Below the pieces are notes generated by a model that searched no databases, was not told where the DNA came from, and saw only the letters and a list, made by a program, of their open reading frames with translations. The position numbers were made by a program, and so were the translations under genes. Shown one piece after another: positions 24,181-31,373 of a stretch of DNA of 32,000 nucleotides. Numbering within the stretch: the stretch's first letter is position 1; every line of letters starts with the position of its first letter. The DNA is from Aeromonas phage AhSzw-1: the sequence record MG676225.1; one strand, written 5' to 3'.

Positions 24181-24828
24181 TTATTCGGTTCGCATGATAG
24201 GCCCAAAAGTCAGAGCATCATGATCATCTAGCATAGGCAAGGATTCATCCGGCATCATGTCAAAATCATCCTGCACCTGTTGATCCAATGCCGCTTGCAT
24301 CCCTTGGCGGAAAGCAAGATCCAAACGCTCGTTTATAGTCTTGGCGTCAAAAGTAACCACACCAAGGGAAGCAGCAGCAGCCAGCACGCCATCATGATCA
24401 TCATATAGATGGATCACTGTTTCGGTGCGGGTGGCTTTGAGATGCTGAAGCCATGCTGATTTATAGGCGGCATCACCCGAGCGCATGATAGCCTGCGCCA
24501 TCTCAGGCGGAAATGCTTTGTGAAGGCGATCACGGCTGGCAATGAGTGCAGTCTTTAGGCCATGCTGGCGCAAAAATACATAATCGCTTTTCCGCATAAA
24601 CCGAGCCGTGCAGATCCCGACACTCTCCCCCTTATCTATCAGGGCTTTCATGTGGTCAGCCAGCGGGAGCAAACGATCCGCCATGATCTTGCTATGCTGG
24701 CAAGCCTCGGCGCGATAGCGGGGGAGATTTAGATCCCCGTTAGCCTCAAGGCAAGGGGCTACACGGTGAAGGGAGTCGATGGCCGTCCCATCGAGATCAA
24801 ACAGGTGGAGGATCCTATCTTTAAACAT
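24181..24828 (-). CDS. dmp: HAD-like 5'-deoxyribonucleotidase (T5 Dmp-like pre-early protein), 215 aa
   Basis: MFKDRILHLFDLDGTAIDSLHRVAPCLEANGDLNLPRYRAEACQHSKIMADRLLPLADHMKALIDKGESVGICTARFMRKSDYVFLRQHG...; HAD motif DLDGT; no in-frame TAG; location beside A1-like gene. Confidence 0.75.
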   Translation of the reverse strand: MFKDRILHLFDLDGTAIDSLHRVAPCLEANGDLNLPRYRAEACQHSKIMADRLLPLADHMKALIDKGESVGICTARFMRKSDYVFLRQHGLKTALIASRDRLHKAFPPEMAQAIMRSGDAAYKSAWLQHLKATRTETVIHLYDDHDGVLAAAASLGVVTFDAKTINERLDLAFRQGMQAALDQQVQDDFDMMPDESLPMLDDHDALTFGPIMRTE

Positions 24829-24896
24829 TTTTGTAAATCTCCAAAATGGGAATTGAAATTGCGCCCGCCAAGGGCTAGGCGCAATTTATTGCATAA

Positions 24897-26477
24897 TTAC
24901 GCAATGATTTGCATGGATCCATCATTGCAGATCACGGCGTGAGAGTGTGACCAACTGGATGCCCCCACGTTGTAACCCATATCAAACGAGCCAGTAACAC
25001 CGGACACAATAACACGCTTCCCGTTTTTGTATCCGCTGTGAGAGTGGCCGATAGCAAACGAGCCCCCGAGACGCTCAAAGGCTGTATAGCCGCCGCGAGC
25101 CCCGTTAATGCCGCAGTCGCCATGATTGGACAATTCTACGCCATGAACCACAAAAGGCTCGTCTCGGTTCAAAAACTTGATCCGGTTGTAATCGAGATCC
25201 GGCGCTACCAGTCGCAAAGCACGTTCAAGCGGGATCTGATTATCCTTGCCGCCTTCTAGCGCGGTCTGGTAGCGGGGCTTTTGCAAGTCACACCAAAGGG
25301 GGAGATTGATCGGGTCTTGGCGTGGGTCGGTTTCCTCAAGCCAGCGATCCAAGGCGCGATCGTGGTTTGAGTTAACGATCACGATCTGGGCTTCGGTATC
25401 GTCCAGCAGGCTTTGCAGCACTCCGGCGGCGTCGTCTACGTCATCGGCCACGGTGCGGCCCATCTGGGAGGCCAGGAACAAGCCGGATCCCCGGTTGTGG
25501 TGGTTGCGGCTGGTGAAGTCGTGGAGATCGTGCAGCACTACAAAGGCGGCGGCGGTCTGATTGCAGAGGGTGATCAAATTGTTAAACTCGTCCCCGTCCA
25601 GCTTTTCGGAGTGGATGTCACCTGCCACGATCACGGCGTCCCCCATAGGGTCAGCAAAACCAAACTCATTGATCGGCATCCCTCGATAAAATCCGCAACC
25701 TTGGCTATCCAATTGAACCTGATCAAAGGTGCCGTCATCATGGATCACTGTGAACCCAATGATATGATCGGCGCTTGCTTCGGCTCCGGCGCGGCCTGCT
25801 TTATAGCGGGGTTCGCAAAGGGTGCCAGTTGTTAGCGCCCAACGTTCCGGCATACCTTTAGCGCGGGGGAGGGATTCGGCCTGCTGTTTGGGGTGCGGTA
25901 GCACGGTCAAACGGCGATCACCGGACATCAGCCGCGCATTGCTGATCGGCTTTTTGGCGGTCGGGATAACGTCCCCATTAAGGATCAGAAGGTTGTTATC
26001 ATCACCGATCCAGAGCGGCGCGGCTTCGGTTTTAATGATCATATGATCCGCCTCGTCAGTCGGTTGGATCATATAAGAGCAAGCAACGGGCAACAATTCA
26101 GCATTAAGGCTGGCAGCCAACATTCTGGCGGTCGCCATAGCGGGGGCGCAGATCGGCGCGTTATTCTGGACGCTGAAAACAATAAAAGATCCGGCCTCTA
26201 CTTTGGGGGCGGTCTCGAAATGCTGATTGCTGGAATTGAAAGTGGGTTCGGCTGGCTCCTTTTCTTCTTTTTTCTTGGCGGCCTTGATCGGCTTAGTTGC
26301 ATCGAGATATGCGATAATATCAGACACACGTGAGCCCTTAAACATGCGATCCGCGATCTGATCTGCTACCTTCTGGCGGCTAGTTGCCAACTGTTTGCCG
26401 TAATAGTTGAGATCCAAAGCCATTTTTGTGATCTCGGTTTGCTGGGATTCGATGAAATTAAATTCGGTTACTTTCAT
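24897..26477 (-). CDS. T5 A1-like pre-early metallophosphoesterase, about 526 aa
   Basis: Start at MKVTEFNFIESQQTEITKMALDLNYYGKQLATSRQKVADQ rather than the track's upstream M; motifs GDIHSEK, LHDLHD, NSNHDRALDRW, GHSHSG; no in-frame TAG. Confidence 0.72.
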   Translation of the reverse strand: MKVTEFNFIESQQTEITKMALDLNYYGKQLATSRQKVADQIADRMFKGSRVSDIIAYLDATKPIKAAKKKEEKEPAEPTFNSSNQHFETAPKVEAGSFIVFSVQNNAPICAPAMATARMLAASLNAELLPVACSYMIQPTDEADHMIIKTEAAPLWIGDDNNLLILNGDVIPTAKKPISNARLMSGDRRLTVLPHPKQQAESLPRAKGMPERWALTTGTLCEPRYKAGRAGAEASADHIIGFTVIHDDGTFDQVQLDSQGCGFYRGMPINEFGFADPMGDAVIVAGDIHSEKLDGDEFNNLITLCNQTAAAFVVLHDLHDFTSRNHHNRGSGLFLASQMGRTVADDVDDAAGVLQSLLDDTEAQIVIVNSNHDRALDRWLEETDPRQDPINLPLWCDLQKPRYQTALEGGKDNQIPLERALRLVAPDLDYNRIKFLNRDEPFVVHGVELSNHGDCGINGARGGYTAFERLGGSFAIGHSHSGYKNGKRVIVSGVTGSFDMGYNVGASSWSHSHAVICNDGSMQIIA

Positions 26478-26527
26478 TTGATAATCTCTCACTTGAGGTA
26501 ATTGATTAACCGGATGGCTAACCAGAG

Positions 26528-26550
26528 AAGGGGACTCAAAAAGTCCCCTT
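26528..26550 (-). terminator. Intrinsic terminator after A2-like gene
   Basis: AAGGGGACT-caaaa-AGTCCCCTT hairpin immediately after the TAA at 26557. Confidence 0.55.
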
Positions 26551-26556
26551 GACTTG

Positions 26557-26994
26557 TTAGGCTTCGAGATCTTCATTGCCAATCGGGCGGCCTTGCAGCA
26601 GGGCCAGCAGGGCCAGCAGAGCCGGACGGCCAGCATGTTCAAGGCTGGCGAAAATTTCGGCGGCATTGTCGCCCACGGTCGGATCCTTCTTTACGATTTC
26701 ATCAGAAATCAGGCTTGCCAAAACTAGCTTTTTCTGGCGGGTGCCGCCAGTGGTGCCAGCGGTCGATTTCGCCTCGCCTTTGATATACTCGCCCAACTGG
26801 GCCAGCTTTTGACGAACAGACCGATCACTTGCCGCACCTACTGAGGCGGCCAGATCCATCAGGAATGGCTTGGAGTTAGCCGTTTCAACCTTGCCTTCAT
26901 CCTTTTCGATCTGGGCCTTGTAGGCGGCAACAATAGCGGCGGAGTTCTTTTCATCCCATTTGAAGGCTTTAGGGGCGTTTTTATTGGTAGTCAT
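26557..26994 (-). CDS. T5 A2-like pre-early protein (145 aa), assignment by position and size
   Basis: MTTNKNAPKAFKWDEKNSAAIVAAYKAQIEKDEGKVETANSKPFLMDLAASVGAASDRSVRQKLAQLGEYIKGEAK...; HTH-like; directly upstream of A1-like gene; no TAG. Confidence 0.5.
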   Translation of the reverse strand: MTTNKNAPKAFKWDEKNSAAIVAAYKAQIEKDEGKVETANSKPFLMDLAASVGAASDRSVRQKLAQLGEYIKGEAKSTAGTTGGTRQKKLVLASLISDEIVKKDPTVGDNAAEIFASLEHAGRPALLALLALLQGRPIGNEDLEA

Positions 26995-27080
26995 AATTTA
27001 GATCCTTATCAATTGTTAACCCTGATATCAAAGCAGGGCGGGCAAACATTGCCCGACAATATGCCCTATAAAAGGGCATA

Positions 27081-27209
27081 TTAGCAGGCCAGTTTTCGCA
27101 TTTCAAACTCATATGCAGCAATGGCAATCAATCGCAGACGTTGGGAGACAGTCAGCAGATCGTGCAACTGGATATAGGCTTGCAGGACATTATCACAATT
27201 TAGTAACAT
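27081..27209 (-). CDS. Small pre-early protein (42 aa)
   Basis: MLLNCDNVLQAYIQLHDLLTVSQRLRLIAIAAYEFEMRKLAC*, preceded by CCGGAGTAATATC; shorter start preferred over the track's non-ATG start. Confidence 0.5.
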   Translation of the reverse strand: MLLNCDNVLQAYIQLHDLLTVSQRLRLIAIAAYEFEMRKLAC

Positions 27210-27644
27210 GATATTACTCCGGTTAACGGGACTCGGTGAAGGGCTCAAATTGAGCCCTTGGGCTAGTCTCGCCTCGCTGCCAGTTTTTAAAAGAGCTTTA
27301 CAATGGTCGATCCCTTTCGGGGCCAAGGGGAAGGGGCGGGGGCTTGGATTCTTGCCTTGCTTGCCTTCCAGTGGTTTCCATTTTACGGAAACCGGATTTC
27401 ATGTCAAACACTTTTTTCAATCTTTTTTCTAGCTGGTGGCTGGTGCCGCCGCTAGTGGTCTGGGGAGTTGCCCCGTTCCATGTGATAAATATTGCCAGCC
27501 CTAAAAATTTAGATCAACAAAAGTTTTTGCTAGTAACGAGTGATTTTACTCATCTAGGGCGGCGCTATTGGTTAATGAGACGGGCGCACGCGAATATTTG
27601 AACAACTGGCAAAAGTCAATACACCAAAAAATAAATATTTGGAC

Positions 27645-28164
27645 TTATCCACAATTACCAGGCCAGGCTGTGGATAAGTTGCCCACCTGCATATCCTTAA
27701 AGATAAAACAACCCCCACTTATCCACAAAATGGCAAAAAGCCTGTGTGTTCTTTTACCCCAAAATGCCGTGATGCAATAGTTGGAGGGGTGGCAATACCC
27801 TAGTGGCCTGAACGCCTCAAAATGCGTTATAGGGCGTTATAGAGCGTTATATTTGAGGCACACCTTTGACGTGCACAAAATTCAAGAAGTGTGCCAGAAA
27901 ATAAATTTGACAAAAAATTTATTTTGTGATCCTAAAATTCTTGGCATGGAACTTGCTTAAAACTGGTATTGATAACCATTATCATTGTTGCTTTATACCG
28001 GAAAAAAGAAACAATGCGAATTTGTCGCATTTGCGAATGATTTTCATTCTTTTTTGCTAAAAATTCACGTTTTTTGCATGTTTATTTATGCAATAAAACT
28101 GCATAAATAGCATCCACAGACCCATTTGGACTTATTCTTTTATCCACAACCAAAATGTGGATAA
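27645..28164. promoter_or_regulatory. Cluster of perfect DnaA boxes (TTATCCACA)
   Basis: 27645-27653(+), 27669-27677(-), 27719-27727(+), 28140-28148(+), 28156-28164(-); another at 29832-29840(-). Confidence 0.8.
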
Positions 28165-28687
28165 CTCTTGATTTGTTGCGGTTTTGTTAATGGCACGAGT
28201 CGTGCATACGTAATAGGCGGATTTTGGAGCGTTTCTGTTAACAAAAATTTAACAGAAAAACCACTGTATATCCATACAGGGTCTTTTGTCTGTATAACTT
28301 ACTAACAGGGCCAAGAAGGCCTCTAGATCGCGCTGTATTGAATAGTTGGGGGATCCCCTTTATTATAGGTCTAGGCCGTCTCGCTCGTTTAGAGCGATTT
28401 TGGCGGGATGAGAATGGTTATCATTTGACCGCGCCGCGCGAGGGGGTGACGTGCTACAAAATATGATCCATACCTGGCAGGAAAGCACAAGAAAATAAAT
28501 TTAAATTATTTTGCAGAAAAGCCTTGACAAGCGCAGTTTTGACTGCGCCGCTTTGGGGTTTTGTCTTTAGTCTTTAATGTTTAGTCTTTGACTGCGCCGC
28601 TGGCACGTCACTGGCGTGCTACAAAAATTGTTGCCTGGGCTGGTGGATATGATAAGATAGGGATCCTAGTAATAGAGGATTAACAGC

Positions 28688-28867
28688 ATGAAAACTAAAG
28701 CAGTGATAGCCGCCCACTTGCAGGCAGGCCAACGGGTCTTTATAGACAGCCGTTTTTATTTAATTGACAAGGTGGCCAGGAACGGGCATTATATAGATCT
28801 GGAGGTGCAGGGGGCTTTTTACCCTGTATGCTTGCCCATTAACCAGACTGTGAAGGTTCGGCAATGA
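28688..28867 (+). CDS. Small pre-early region protein (59 aa), plus-strand operon gene 1
   Basis: MKTKAVIAAHLQAGQRVFIDSRFYLIDKVARNGHYIDLEVQGAFYPVCLPINQTVKVRQ*; AGAGGAT upstream; ATGA overlap with next gene. Confidence 0.6.
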   Translation: MKTKAVIAAHLQAGQRVFIDSRFYLIDKVARNGHYIDLEVQGAFYPVCLPINQTVKVRQ

Positions 28868-29166
28868 AAAAAGATGTAAAAACTCTGATTAAACGCTTGA
28901 CTTTGTTGGTTCAATTTACCAAAATAGGTAAGGGCTGGATTGCGGTGGATGGGGATGGGACAACAAGAGTTTATGAAAACAGGCCAGTTTTTCACCCGTC
29001 AGGTGAGTCTGAATCTCTTGACTACTGGGTAAGACACCAAAGTGGTGTAACGTGGATCTCCGACCTTGATTGTCTGCCCTTGTCTATGGTCTGCCCGAGC
29101 TTGACAAGCAGAGAGGCGCTTTTCTATACTGATGGGGAAACTGTATGGCTGGTGGAGACTAGATAA
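28864..29166 (+). CDS. Pre-early region protein (100 aa), operon gene 2
   Basis: MKKDVKTLIKRLTLLVQFTKIGKGWIAVDGDGTTRVYENRPVFHPSGESESLDYW...; complete TAG-free ORF. Confidence 0.65.
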   Translation: MKKDVKTLIKRLTLLVQFTKIGKGWIAVDGDGTTRVYENRPVFHPSGESESLDYWVRHQSGVTWISDLDCLPLSMVCPSLTSREALFYTDGETVWLVETR

Positions 29167-29319
29167 ATGATAATCCATATCATTAGTTGTGTTCTGTTAC
29201 TACTATCTGGTGTCACCTGGGACACTAAGGGATGGGGTCTGGTTTTAAAGGTTATTTTTTATATCGTCGCCATATATAATGGTTTCGAGGCATATCGTTT
29301 TTATATCATGGGGGCTTGA
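29167..29319 (+). CDS. Small membrane protein (50 aa), operon gene 3
   Basis: MIIHIISCVLLLLSGVTWDTKGWGLVLKVIFYIVAIYNGFEAYRFYIMGA*; starts directly after the preceding TAA; hydrophobic segments. Confidence 0.5.
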   Translation: MIIHIISCVLLLLSGVTWDTKGWGLVLKVIFYIVAIYNGFEAYRFYIMGA

Positions 29320-29399
29320 TAGCGGCGCGGTGGTTCTGGTAAACTAATTATGTGGTCGGGGATAGGCCCCGACCAAAATCCTAAATTTAGAGGTGAGTT

Positions 29400-29636
29400 A
29401 TGCAAAAAGTTTCTTTTGTTCAAGATGGCGCTTTGGTTGTGGCTCCGGCTAACTATGGCATGATTGATTCTTCCATTGGGGGTCAATTGGCACGAAAAGA
29501 GCTGCCAGAGGCTGACGGGCGCACCAGCCGTGGGCTGGCGGCAATCAATGACCTGCGAGACCGGATCGGCGGGTATATGAAAAAATATGCCAAAGGCCAG
29601 TTGAGCCCGTCCTGGGGGCGAGTCGTAATTGGTTAA
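29400..29636 (+). CDS. Pre-early region protein (78 aa), operon gene 4
   Basis: MQKVSFVQDGALVVAPANYGMIDSSIGGQLARKELPEADGRTSRGLAAINDLRDRIGGYMKKYAKGQLSPSWGRVVIG*; AGAGGTGAGTT upstream. Confidence 0.65.
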   Translation: MQKVSFVQDGALVVAPANYGMIDSSIGGQLARKELPEADGRTSRGLAAINDLRDRIGGYMKKYAKGQLSPSWGRVVIG

Positions 29637-29653
29637 CTCCTAGCCAACCCCCT

Positions 29654-29676
29654 GTAGCACGTTACTGGCGTGCTAC
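29654..29676 (+). terminator. Hairpin terminator of plus-strand operon
   Basis: GTAGCACG-ttactgg-CGTGCTAC, perfect 8-bp stem followed by ATTTTTAG. Confidence 0.6.
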
Positions 29677-29954
29677 ATTTTTAGCCCTCCCACAGACCCC
29701 TTAACTAAAATACACCCCCACCCCCATCACGCGCTTACAGCGCGATTCAGGGGCCTTCTAGGGCATACCAGATAATCCACTACCCGACTGACCCTGTATA
29801 TCCATACAGTGTTAGCAAGCTGTTAGTATCCTGTGGATAACTCCAAATAACTCTGTATAGGCATTAAGCAAGTTTCATGCCAAAACTTAATTTTTTAACA
29901 AAAAGATGATTATGCTGGGGATTGAATGCGAATTATTATCATTCGCATTCGAGG

Positions 29955-30090
29955 GACGTCTAGATGTTTAGACGGCTAGAAGTCCAGATGTTTAGACGGC
30001 TAGATGTTTAGACGGCTAGATGTTTAGACGGCTAGATGGATGGACGTCTAGATGTTTAGACGGCTAGAAGTCCGGATGGCTAGAGGGTCG
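29955..30090. repeat. Octamer array: 17 consecutive 8-mers all beginning GA
   Basis: gacgtcta gatgttta gacggcta gaagtcca gatgttta gacggcta gatgttta gacggcta gatgttta gacggcta gatggatg gacgtcta gatgttta gacggcta gaagtccg gatggcta gagggtcg. Confidence 0.85.
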
Positions 30091-30847
30091 GCCACCCCTC
30101 CTGCGCCTTAGTACTTATCCGACAAGTACTTTTTCGATGTATTACAAGTGTCAAGTACTTATTCGATATAAGTAGAAATTCGACCAGGGTCGCGTAGCAA
30201 GTTTTATTTTGTGATATTTGGGGGGATGAGGGGGATGAGGTGAGATTTGGGGAGGCTTAGGGGATTTCGCCGGTAACAATGGCTTCGCCATTGAATTCGG
30301 CGGTAGGGTTGAGAAAATTTACAGGGTCGGCCACCATACCCTCCGCCGCTACGCGGCGTCTTATAGAAATATGGTGTGAGCTGGGGAAATAAGAAGTAGA
30401 AATTCGATATAGTGAAGTAGAAAAACGACTGGGATGCTTTGGGGAAGTAATGAGATATGAAGTAGAAAAATGAGGAGGGAATTAAGAGGATTTATAAATA
30501 GAAAAAGGAGAAGGATAAAGACGGATATATATCCTTCTAAACCCTTTCTCCTAAATTGATAGTAAATTTTAAATATAACTGTAGCCTTTTCTATTATGTG
30601 AAGTCTCGGGGTGGCTCCAAAGGACCGTGATATAACAAAAACTCTGAGCGCTTGTCTTACCATGGATTCCATTCCCAGAGGGCCCCTTCCACTCAGAGCT
30701 GAGTTTTTTATCACTGCCACCCCAGCCTTCTTGAAATATCTGTTCTTACAGTATTATCTTATCATAGCCCCGAGATATGTAAAGTACTTTTTACATTTCC
30801 ATAGGTTTTAATGTGTAAAAGTAATAACCGCCCCCTAAACCGCCCAC

Positions 30848-31372
30848 TTATAGTGAGGGCATAATTGCTGTTCTGAGGAAACTTTCCAGATTAATCTTAT
30901 AGTACTTTACAGTTTTAGGGTTGTAATATGTTGTCAGTGGCTGGAAGTATTCCATAATTATGGGAAACGCTTCCCAGCTTCTGTATTCTCCTTCTACGGT
31001 AAATTCCTCAGTAAGCCTAAGTAATTCTTGTTCTTGGGCATAAGCATTTGGAGATAGCTAGTAGAAAATCAACGAGCATCCCAGCTTTTTCGCTCTTACC
31101 CTTGGATCTACAGAGATACCGATTTTAAGACAATCTCGCTTATAATCCACCATGAAATAAAGTTTCTGTAGGTGGTTATTACTCCAGTATTCTTCAGAAC
31201 ACTTTGGACATGGGATTTGTCTTTTTAAATGGGTAGAGGTGTCTTGGTAGAAATCCCCATGATATGGGCACACAAATCGTAGCTATCCAGTAGGTTCTTC
31301 TGGGATGTAAGAATAATCTAAATAAGTCCCAAACAATGTCTGGGACTTTTCAATAAACTTAGCTCTTTTCAT
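30848..31372 (-). CDS. Second zinc-motif + T5orf172/GIY-YIG-like protein (174 aa), TAG-containing
   Basis: MKRAKFIEKSQTLFGTYLDYSYIPEEPTG[Q]LRFVCPYHGDFYQDTSTHLKRQIPCPKCSEEYWSNNHLQKLYFMVDYKRDCLKIGISVDPRVRAKKLGCSLIFY[Q]LSPNAYAQEQELLRLTEEF...; same layout as 22661..23389. Confidence 0.72.
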
Positions 31373-31373
31373 A

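Noticed and set aside
24932-26333. Multiple plus-strand ORFs opposite the A1-like gene
   Set aside because: Antisense to the metallophosphoesterase ORF and without recognisable motifs or start context.
29955-30090. CRISPR array interpretation of the tandem repeats
   Set aside because: Period is 8 bp with no spacers and no cas genes.
30361-30720. Minus-strand ORF of 119 aa
   Set aside because: Overlaps the candidate structured RNA, has a low-complexity hydrophobic C-terminus and no convincing start context.
23848-30847. Assembly chimera or plasmid fragment explaining the different composition of the central block
   Set aside because: Not fully excluded, but Dmp-, A1- and A2-like genes next to TerS match T5 gene order, which supports a genuine terminal repeat of the same phage. 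Read coverage would decide.
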